IMG/VR virus record: IMGVR_UViG_3300021964_000018 | Coordinates: 1 to 64,000 of that record | DNA length: 64,000 nt | Source of the DNA: a virus | Reading direction: 5' to 3' (one strand) | Part shown: positions 56,640 to 64,000 of the stretch, in pieces | How the letters are laid out: each line of letters begins with the position of its first letter | Position numbering within the stretch: position 1 is the first letter of the stretch | Translations under genes and position numbers: made by a program | The notes under the pieces: model-generated | The model's database searches: none | What the model saw: only the letters and a program-made list of their open reading frames with translations | Told to the model about the DNA's origin: nothing

Positions 56640-57582
56640 ATGTCTTATAATAGACGCATACAATCTTTTTATAAGACATTATGTTGCGAATCCTGCAATG
56701 TCAAAAAACGGCGAACAAGTCGGTGGCATTGTAGGATTTTACAATAACATGACAAAGTTAATTGACAAATGCAATCCCACAGATGTTTATGTTATTTGGG
56801 AAGGTGGCGGTTCTATTAGAAAAAAAGCAGTGTATAAAGATTATAAGCGTCAATCTCGTCCGGTTAAGTTGAATCGATATTATGATGATATACCCGATAC
56901 AATGGAAAATAGAAATTATCAAATTAAAACATTGATAAAACTTCTAGATAACTTTCCGATCACACAGTTGTATGTAGAGGGATCCGAAGCCGATGATGTT
57001 ATTGGATACCTATGTAAATATCGTTTTAAATCCAGGCCTAAGGTAATCCTTTCCTCTGATCATGATTATTATCAGCTGCTTGACAATTTGACGATAATTT
57101 ATTCACCTACACTCAAGACATTTGTTAATGAAAAGTTTGTAATTGATAAATTCGGAATACATCCACAAAATTTTGCATTGGCAAAGGCAATTGTTGGTGA
57201 TAATTCAGATAATATCCCAGGAGTTCCAGGTGCAGGATTTAAGACTTTAGTTAGAGAATACGGTCATCTATTTCAAAATCCTGAGTTTGATTCGAATCGA
57301 TTTGAACTTTTTATTGAGAATTCTGTTAAAATGGAAAAATCAAAAAAGAAAATATATAAATCAATTAAAGAAAATGAAGATATGATTGAAAGAAATTTTA
57401 AAGTTATTAATCTAGATGTTGACAATTTGGCACATTACCAAGTAAATAAGATTGAACAAAAACTTGAAAACCATCAAAAAACATATAATAATATAAACAT
57501 ACACAAACTACTAAATGAAAATGCAATTAATAGCATTGACGTCTACAACACAAAAATAATTTATAATAGATTATTGAGGTAA
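56626..57582 (+). CDS. 5'-3' exonuclease / T4 RNase H-like flap nuclease
   Basis: IIDAYNLFIR, YKRQ, EADDVIG, SSDHDYYQL, GDNSDNIPGVPGAG. Confidence 0.9.
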   Translation: MIMNRCLIIDAYNLFIRHYVANPAMSKNGEQVGGIVGFYNNMTKLIDKCNPTDVYVIWEGGGSIRKKAVYKDYKRQSRPVKLNRYYDDIPDTMENRNYQIKTLIKLLDNFPITQLYVEGSEADDVIGYLCKYRFKSRPKVILSSDHDYYQLLDNLTIIYSPTLKTFVNEKFVIDKFGIHPQNFALAKAIVGDNSDNIPGVPGAGFKTLVREYGHLFQNPEFDSNRFELFIENSVKMEKSKKKIYKSIKENEDMIERNFKVINLDVDNLAHYQVNKIEQKLENHQKTYNNINIHKLLNENAINSIDVYNTKIIYNRLLR

Positions 57583-57586
57583 AAAT

Positions 57587-58975
57587 ATGAATATGACCCC
57601 CGACCATGTGGAAAGTTATTTTTCCAAATATGGAAGAACGTTTCAAGAAAAAATCTTCCAAGCAATGTTAACAGATCACACATGGTCTGCGCAAATGATT
57701 GAAGTAATGACCCCTGAATACTTTGAATTAAAGTATCTATCTTATCTTTGTGATCGTCATTTTAATTTTTATCACAAATATAAGAATTTTCCAACAATGC
57801 AGCTTCTTGTTTCTATTATTAGAGATGAATTAACAACAGGAGATGACGTCGTTTTACGTGAGCAAGTAATTGAATATCTTTCACGTGTTAAAAATTCGCC
57901 AAATCAAGGTGATTTAGAATTTGTTAAAGAAAAAACTCTTGATTTTTGCAAAAAACAAGTATTACGTCAAGCTTTAGAAGACTGCGTACAAGCAATCACA
58001 GCAGAAAATTATGAGTCGGTTTTGAGTATCATGAAAGATGCTGTTTCTAAAGGTACACCTGCTACAATTGGTCATGATTTCTTTGAAGATTATGAAGCAC
58101 GTTTTACTCGTTTAACTCGTATTTGCTGCCCAACAGGACTTGATGCATTGGACAAAAAAGAAGTTTTAAATGGAGGTCTTGCACGTGGTGAAATTGGAGT
58201 TATAACAGCACCAACAGGAGTTGGAAAATCTCACTGGTTGGTTCACTGTGGTGCTGAAGCTCTGAAGCGAGGCAAAAATGTTTTGCATTATACATTCGAG
58301 CTAACTGAAACAGCTGTAGGTGTTCGATATGACTCTCACCTTTGTGGTATTAACTCAACTGATGTGATCGAGAAAAAAGATGAAATTTTGAGTAGGTATG
58401 AAGGTAATGATTACGGTCGATTGATAATTAAAGAATACCCAACTGGATCAGCAAGTATCGTGACTATTAAAAATCATTTAGAAAAATTGGCAATGAGAGA
58501 CTTTAAACCTGGATTAATTGTAATTGATTATGCGGATATTATGAGGTCAACACGTCAATATGATTCTTTGCGTCATGAACTTAAGTTGATTTATGAGGAA
58601 TTAAGAAACTTAGCGATGGAACTAAAAATACCAATTTGGACAGCATCGCAAGCAAATAGAGAAGCCTCTGATAAAGAAGTTGTAGGACTTGGCAATATGT
58701 CTGAAGCATATGGAAAAGCTATGGTTGCCGACGTTGTTCTTTCAATATCACGCAAACAATTAGAAAAAGCAACAGGAGCTGCACGCCTGTTCGTTGCAAA
58801 AAATCGTGCGGGACAAGACGGAATTCTATTCCCAATCAGGATTGATACGGCAAGAAGTCATTTTGAAATAATTGACGATCCTAATTCACTTTCTGTATTG
58901 GACATGGTAGAATCCGCGCATACAGGCACCAAAGACATGCTTAAGTCTAAATGGAAAGAAATAACAGGAAAATAA
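57587..58975 (+). CDS. Replicative DnaB-like helicase (gp41-like)
   Basis: GGLARGE, APTGVGKS, IKEYPTG, VIDYAD, WTASQANR, KNRAG. Confidence 0.92.
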   Translation: MNMTPDHVESYFSKYGRTFQEKIFQAMLTDHTWSAQMIEVMTPEYFELKYLSYLCDRHFNFYHKYKNFPTMQLLVSIIRDELTTGDDVVLREQVIEYLSRVKNSPNQGDLEFVKEKTLDFCKKQVLRQALEDCVQAITAENYESVLSIMKDAVSKGTPATIGHDFFEDYEARFTRLTRICCPTGLDALDKKEVLNGGLARGEIGVITAPTGVGKSHWLVHCGAEALKRGKNVLHYTFELTETAVGVRYDSHLCGINSTDVIEKKDEILSRYEGNDYGRLIIKEYPTGSASIVTIKNHLEKLAMRDFKPGLIVIDYADIMRSTRQYDSLRHELKLIYEELRNLAMELKIPIWTASQANREASDKEVVGLGNMSEAYGKAMVADVVLSISRKQLEKATGAARLFVAKNRAGQDGILFPIRIDTARSHFEIIDDPNSLSVLDMVESAHTGTKDMLKSKWKEITGK

Positions 58976-58993
58976 CTTATCGGAGAAAAATAG

Positions 58994-61468
58994 ATGTACG
59001 ATTACAATCAAGTATATCAAGCCAGCCTTGAGTATTTCAAAGGCGATGAACTTGCAGCCAGCGTTTTTGCTGGCAAATATGCACTACAAGATGCAGAAGG
59101 AAATTATTTAGAATCAAACCCAGATGATATGCATAGAAGATTAGCTAGGGAATTTGCAAGGATTGAAAGAAAATATCCTAACGGTATGGATCTAGAAGAA
59201 ATTTATCAGTTACTTAAAGATTTTAAATATATTGTGCCTCAAGGCTCACCAATGAGCGGTATTGGTAACGAATCAAAAATACAATCTTTATCAAATTGTT
59301 TTGTAATTAAAGAACCTTACGACAGCTATGCAGGTATTTTAACAACAGATCAAGAGCAAGTTCAAATTATGAAACGACGAGGTGGTGTAGGGTTTGATGT
59401 TTCTACAATTCGACCAAAAGGCCTTAATACTTCTAACGCTGCAAAAACAACAGACGGTATTGAAGTCTTTATGGAAAGATTTTCTAATTCATGCCGCGAA
59501 GTTGCACAAGGCGGCCGGCGTGGTGCATTAATGCTGTCAATTTCAGTTCATCACCCTCAAGTTATGGATTTTATTAAGATTAAACGCGATCTTAAAAAAG
59601 TAACAGGTGCAAATATATCTGTCAGAGTTTCTGATGAATTTATGGACGCTGTTAAAGGCGATCACAAATACCAACAAAGATGGCCTGTTGAAAATAAAAT
59701 CGAACCTGAAGTTGAAAACTATGTAGAAGCTAAAGAAGTTTGGGATGCATTAATTGAGTCCGCACATGCATCAGCCGAACCCGGTGTTTTATTTTGGGAC
59801 ACTGCAAAGCGCAATACACCTTCTGACATTTATACAAAAGAAGGTTTTGGTTCTGTTTCTACCAACCCATGTGGTGAAATTATACTTTCTCCTTATGATT
59901 CATGTCGTTTAATGCTTGTTAATCTTACATCTTTTGTTCAAAATGCATGGACACAAGAAGCTTATTTCGAATGGGGTAAATTTGCCGACATTGTTCAAAA
60001 GGCTCAAAGGCTTATGGATGACATGATCGATCTTGAAATTGAACAAATTGACAAGATCATGGAAAAGATACGTAGGGATCCTGAACCTGATAATGTAAAA
60101 GAAGTAGAACTTTCTTTGTGGCACAAAATAAAACAAGCAGCCGGTATAGGTAGAAGAACCGGATTAGGAATTACCGGATTAGGTGATTGTATTGCAATGT
60201 TAAATCAACAATACGGAGATCCACTCTCAATTAAGACAACTGAAGAAATCTACAAATGGTTGGCTTTGAACTCATATGAAGCGTCAATCCAATTAGCAAA
60301 AGAACGTGGAGCATTTACTTGCTGGATGCACGAAAAAGAAAAAGATCATCCGTTTCTTCAAAGAATTATTTCAAATCTACTTCCTGAGCGTCAAGAAGAT
60401 TATAAAAAATATGGACGACGAAATATTGCAAATACAACAACAGCACCTGCCGGTTCTGTTTCATGTTTGACTCAAACAACAAGTGGTATTGAACCTGCTT
60501 TTATGCTTTATTATAAGCGTCGTAAGAAGGTTCAGAATAATGAAGAAGTAACTTTTGTTGATGACCTAGGTGATAAATGGACAGAGTTTTTAGTGTATCA
60601 TCATAAGTTCAAAGAGTGGATGGATCATGCAATGTATAATGATCTTGAAATAGATGCAGCTGTTCAGAATAGTCCCTATTATAAAGCAATTGCAAATGAG
60701 ATCGATTGGGTGTCCAAAGTAGATCTTCAAGCCGCAGCACAAAAATGGGTATGTCACGCCATTTCAAATACAACCAACCTTCCTAACGATATCGATGTAG
60801 AAACTGTTAAGCAAGTATATATGAAAGGTTGGGAAACTGGTTGTAAAGGCATAACAGTTTATCGTGACGGATCTCGCTCAGGTGTTCTTGTTTCAGCAGA
60901 CGAAAAGAAAGAAACAAAATTTGAACAACGACAAGCACCAAAACGACCTGAAATTTTAGATTGTGACATCTTTCATACAAGCGTTAAAGGTGAACGCTGG
61001 GTGGTTATGGTAGGACTTTTAGAAGGTAAGCCTTATGAGGTATTAGGCGGTGAAGCAAAGCTTATAGAAATACCACGGAAGCTATCTAAAGGAACGTTAA
61101 CAAAGCGTGTATTTAAAACTACAAATAGCAAATATGATCTAACAGTTGGAGAAGGAGACGAAGAACTTTCTATTAAAGATGTAGTTTCTGTATTTGACAA
61201 TCCCAATCATGCGGGTTATACACGTGTTATTTCAACATCTCTTCGCCATGGCGTTCCTGTTCAATTTCTTGTTGAGCAAATGCAAAAGGATAAAAATGCT
61301 GACTTGTTCTCTTTTAGCAAGGTAATATCTAGATGTTTAAAAACGTATATTCAGGACGGAACTAAATCAAGTAAAAAAGTTTGCCAAAATTGTGGGGCAG
61401 AAGATAGTATAGTTTATCAAGAAGGTTGTGAAATGTGCAAGGCATGTGGTAGTTCTAAATGCGGATAA
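58994..61468 (+). CDS. nrdJ: Ribonucleotide reductase, class II (adenosylcobalamin-dependent)
   Basis: LSNCF, GGVG, QGGRRGALM, TNPCGE, RRTGLG, APAGSVS, KGITVYRDGSR, C-terminal Cys ribbon; no small subunit adjacent. Confidence 0.85.
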   Translation: MYDYNQVYQASLEYFKGDELAASVFAGKYALQDAEGNYLESNPDDMHRRLAREFARIERKYPNGMDLEEIYQLLKDFKYIVPQGSPMSGIGNESKIQSLSNCFVIKEPYDSYAGILTTDQEQVQIMKRRGGVGFDVSTIRPKGLNTSNAAKTTDGIEVFMERFSNSCREVAQGGRRGALMLSISVHHPQVMDFIKIKRDLKKVTGANISVRVSDEFMDAVKGDHKYQQRWPVENKIEPEVENYVEAKEVWDALIESAHASAEPGVLFWDTAKRNTPSDIYTKEGFGSVSTNPCGEIILSPYDSCRLMLVNLTSFVQNAWTQEAYFEWGKFADIVQKAQRLMDDMIDLEIEQIDKIMEKIRRDPEPDNVKEVELSLWHKIKQAAGIGRRTGLGITGLGDCIAMLNQQYGDPLSIKTTEEIYKWLALNSYEASIQLAKERGAFTCWMHEKEKDHPFLQRIISNLLPERQEDYKKYGRRNIANTTTAPAGSVSCLTQTTSGIEPAFMLYYKRRKKVQNNEEVTFVDDLGDKWTEFLVYHHKFKEWMDHAMYNDLEIDAAVQNSPYYKAIANEIDWVSKVDLQAAAQKWVCHAISNTTNLPNDIDVETVKQVYMKGWETGCKGITVYRDGSRSGVLVSADEKKETKFEQRQAPKRPEILDCDIFHTSVKGERWVVMVGLLEGKPYEVLGGEAKLIEIPRKLSKGTLTKRVFKTTNSKYDLTVGEGDEELSIKDVVSVFDNPNHAGYTRVISTSLRHGVPVQFLVEQMQKDKNADLFSFSKVISRCLKTYIQDGTKSSKKVCQNCGAEDSIVYQEGCEMCKACGSSKCG

Positions 61469-61490
61469 GGTAACAGCTAATAAAATTTTG

Positions 61491-61516
61491 AGGTACATGT
61501 AAATGTGCCTTTTTTT
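61491..61516 (+). terminator. Rho-independent terminator overlapping a sigma70-like promoter (ATGTAA-17-TATAAT, 61497-61525)
   Basis: AGGTACAT-GTAA-ATGTGCCT followed by a T run. Confidence 0.7.
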
Positions 61517-61548
61517 GTATATAATAAAATTATAATAAAGGAGTAAAA

Positions 61549-62151
61549 ATGCTTTGGACATTTAATACAGATCAAAGAATAAAAGAATGTGAATTAAGAG
61601 ATAACCCAATTATTATTCGGGTAAATAAATTTGATGAACAAAGTGCACAAGAGTTTTGCACTAATATGTCTCTTGCACACTGTACAGGACAAGAAATTAT
61701 ACCGATCGTAATTGACTCATACGGCGGCCAAGTATACAGTTTAATGAGAATGATTGGCGCAATTAAGGCTTCACGTCTTCCTGTTGCAACAATTGTTGAA
61801 GGTAAAGCAATGAGCTGCGGCGCCATCTTATTTTCTTTTGGTGAAGAAGGCAGAAGATACATGGATCCTCACGCAACTGTTATGATTCATGATGTTTCAT
61901 CTGGGGCAATTGGAAAAATTGAAGAAATTAAGGCAAATGCAAAAGAATCGGAAAGATTAAACGATCAGGTTTATGAAATGATGGCACGTAACTGTGGGCA
62001 ACCTGATGATTTCTTTAAAAATAAAGTACATGAAATAGGGCATGCAGATCTTTATGTTGCACCAAAAGATGCAAAAGAATGGAATTTAGCAAATCATCTT
62101 AGAATGCCAAAATTTGATATTAATATCAAAGTTGAAATGCAGTTTTCATAA
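61549..62151 (+). CDS. clpP: ClpP-like serine protease
   Basis: IDSYGG, GKAMSCG (catalytic Ser), MIHD (His). Confidence 0.85.
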   Translation: MLWTFNTDQRIKECELRDNPIIIRVNKFDEQSAQEFCTNMSLAHCTGQEIIPIVIDSYGGQVYSLMRMIGAIKASRLPVATIVEGKAMSCGAILFSFGEEGRRYMDPHATVMIHDVSSGAIGKIEEIKANAKESERLNDQVYEMMARNCGQPDDFFKNKVHEIGHADLYVAPKDAKEWNLANHLRMPKFDINIKVEMQFS

Positions 62152-62164
62152 TAAAATGATTAAA

Positions 62165-62191
62165 TCCTCCTAATTATATTAGAAAGGAGGA
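62165..62191 (+). promoter_or_regulatory. Anti-SD hairpin overlapping a late-promoter-like motif
   Basis: TCCTCCT (62165-71) pairs with the RBS AGGAGGA (62185-91); CTAATTA at 62170-76. Confidence 0.65.
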
Positions 62192-62194
62192 ATT

Positions 62195-62647
62195 ATGATT
62201 TCTGATTTATTATTAACTTACATTGCTTGTACAAAAGCAACTGAAATGTGGTTTCACGCTGCTCATCATGTCACTAAAGGCAAAGGGTTTGCGGGAGACC
62301 ACAATATTTTATATTCAAAAATATATGAATTACTTGGTGATGATTTAGACTCTTTAGTTGAAAAAGGCATTGGTCTTTATGATGAAGAACAATTAGCCTG
62401 TCCTATTATTATATCTAAACTAGCATCAAAGATGGTATGCAATTTTGACTCACCTGCAAATAGAAGCGATGATGAAATTGCTGGCATATCTTTACATGTC
62501 TTAGGTTTTCACTTAAGCCATTTAGAAGATTTCTACCACAGAATACAAAACAGTCATGATTTTTCTATCGGTTTTGACGATCTCTTGGCATCAATGGCAA
62601 ATCAATATGAGAGATATATATACATGTTAAAGCAAAGAATTAAATAG
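62195..62647 (+). CDS. Dps/ferritin-like protein
   Basis: HHVTKGKGFAGDH..YSKIYE...DSLVEK parallels the Dps motif HWNVxGxxFxxxH...YE...DxxAER. Confidence 0.7.
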   Translation: MISDLLLTYIACTKATEMWFHAAHHVTKGKGFAGDHNILYSKIYELLGDDLDSLVEKGIGLYDEEQLACPIIISKLASKMVCNFDSPANRSDDEIAGISLHVLGFHLSHLEDFYHRIQNSHDFSIGFDDLLASMANQYERYIYMLKQRIK

Positions 62648-62655
62648 GAGATAGC

Positions 62656-63555
62656 ATGGCAATAGATAAAGTATTTTATAATGAAGCATCAGCAGCCAAA
62701 TTAGGTTGGACACCTGAATGGTTTGGATGTAGTGATTTTGACAATAAACTTGTGAAGGCAATTAGAGACTGGCAGAAAAAATCAGGAATAACTGCAGATG
62801 GTTTATGTGGTCCCGGGACACATAGAAGGATTATGGCTGAAAGATTATCCAAGATAGATGATTATGAACCTGATTTAATTCCTGACAAAGAAGAAAATTT
62901 TATTGTCCATCAAGGTAATTTTATTCCTATTGAATGGCCTAAAGTTGTTTTATGGTCCGAGCCTAACGGGCTTAAAATTGAAAAGGCTTATACTCCATAT
63001 TTTGAAAAACGCAAAATTAACATGTTTGTCAATCACTGGGACGTCTGTTTAGACTCTAAATCATGCGCAAGAGTATTAAACAATAGGGGCGTCTCAGTCC
63101 ATTTTTGCATTGACAATGATGGAACGATATATCAATTGCTCGATACAAATCATGCAGCATGGCATGGCAGTACAAGAAAAGTAAATCATAGATCCATAGG
63201 GGTTGAAATTGCAAACGCCTATTATCCTAAATATCAGCCTTGGTATGAGAAAAAAGGATTTGGAAAGCGACCAATAATATCAGGAGCCAAAGTTCATGGG
63301 AAAACTTTGGAGCCATTTACTTGGTTTTACCCTAAACAAATTCAGGCTTTACAAGCTTTATGGAAGGCCGTACATGATGCAACAGGTATACCATATGAAT
63401 GTCCTACAGACAATTCTGGTAATACATCTTCTAACGTAGATAGAAAAGTTGCAGCAGGTACTTTTAAAGGATTTGTTAGTCATTACCACGTAACAAAAAA
63501 GAAAATTGATTGTGCTGGATTAGACATTAAAAAATTACTTAATGAAATTAAATAA
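62656..63555 (+). CDS. N-acetylmuramoyl-L-alanine amidase with PG-binding domain (endolysin candidate)
   Basis: PGBD AIRDWQKKSGITADGLCGPGT; Amidase_2 motifs VNHW, SVHFCIDNDGTIYQ, AWHG, NHRSIGVEI, SHY, KIDC. Confidence 0.88.
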   Translation: MAIDKVFYNEASAAKLGWTPEWFGCSDFDNKLVKAIRDWQKKSGITADGLCGPGTHRRIMAERLSKIDDYEPDLIPDKEENFIVHQGNFIPIEWPKVVLWSEPNGLKIEKAYTPYFEKRKINMFVNHWDVCLDSKSCARVLNNRGVSVHFCIDNDGTIYQLLDTNHAAWHGSTRKVNHRSIGVEIANAYYPKYQPWYEKKGFGKRPIISGAKVHGKTLEPFTWFYPKQIQALQALWKAVHDATGIPYECPTDNSGNTSSNVDRKVAAGTFKGFVSHYHVTKKKIDCAGLDIKKLLNEIK

Positions 63556-63699
63556 TTAGCGTAATAATTAATAGATAAGTTTAGTAACTTATCAAGTTAA
63601 AGTTTAAGTCTGTTGAGTCATTAATGTTAGCGTACAGTTCGTCGTGTATTAAAGTATCTTGTGTATTCCTTCAAAAATATTTTAGGCTAGGAGTGCGCA

Positions 63700-64000
63700 A
63701 TGCCTAAAGTTAGTAGAGAAAAATACTTTAAAAACGATAAAATTGTTGTAAAAAACAACAAAACAGGAAAAATAAGAAAACTAATTTTTCCACACGAAGT
63801 TGATTTTGGTCTTTCTGATTATCCTGAGTTTGCTGAAAAAGTTAGGTTTTACAATGGTTTGAGCGGTACCCTACAGCAATTACCCGATGGTACTTCTTAT
63901 TTGATTGCTGGTGGCGGAGTTGAAATTACAACCGGTTCAAATGGGGCAGTAACAATAGCCTTAGATGGTTCTGCTGGTGGCGGTACTATAACTAGTGTGA
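63700..64000 (+). CDS. Tail fibre-like structural protein, 3'-truncated
   Basis: AGGAG RBS, ATG 63700; MPKVSREKYF...GLSGTLQQLPDGTSYLIAGGGVEITTGSNGAVTI, open to the window end. Confidence 0.55.
   Translation, partial: MPKVSREKYFKNDKIVVKNNKTGKIRKLIFPHEVDFGLSDYPEFAEKVRFYNGLSGTLQQLPDGTSYLIAGGGVEITTGSNGAVTIALDGSAGGGTITSV

Noticed and set aside
3398-61862. Numerous short minus-strand and alternate-frame ORFs in the track (e.g. 12740, 19546, 36238, 42154, 53747, 55600)
   Set aside because: They lie entirely within well-supported + strand genes and have low-complexity shadow composition.
1-64000. CRISPR array, tRNA/rRNA genes, integrase, transposase, intron or intein
   Set aside because: I saw no regularly spaced repeats, cloverleafs, recombinase motifs or intein signatures by eye; TerL, RecA, helicase and RNR appear uninterrupted. 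A tRNAscan run would be needed to exclude tRNAs formally.

Overview
This window is a segment of an AT-rich, T4-like (Caudoviricetes, myovirus-type) large or jumbo phage genome, coded almost entirely on the + strand. Recombination and replication genes come first: RuvC-like resolvase, primase and a single-chain Mre11-Rad50 (gp47-gp46) fusion. The head module follows: TerL, portal, gp21 protease, scaffold and gp23 major capsid protein. Next is a ~9 kb accessory block of proteins sharing a short N-terminal leader, then the neck, tail and baseplate module, which has two sheath paralogs. A second replication block (minimal PolA, gp32 SSB, RecA, 5'-3' exonuclease, DnaB helicase, class II RNR) leads into ClpP, a Dps-like protein and an amidase. 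Five signals that the ORF track misses stand out. (1) A probable phage selenoprotein: the ORF at 28150 continues in frame through UGA 28438-28440 to 28824, with a bacterial-type SECIS hairpin directly after the UGA. (2) About a dozen unrelated proteins share a leader, M-K-[LI]-x-[KR]-x-x-L-[KR]-x-[LI]-I-x-E, and carry [LI]-x-E protease-type sites between domains, suggesting a capsid-targeting and polyprotein cargo system. (3) A probable programmed +1/-2 frameshift at a T8 run in the tail-assembly chaperone gene. (4) Several hairpins that place a late-promoter motif against a ribosome-binding site. (5) A PAP2 phosphatase-Fic fusion. All calls come from manual motif reading; no searches were run.
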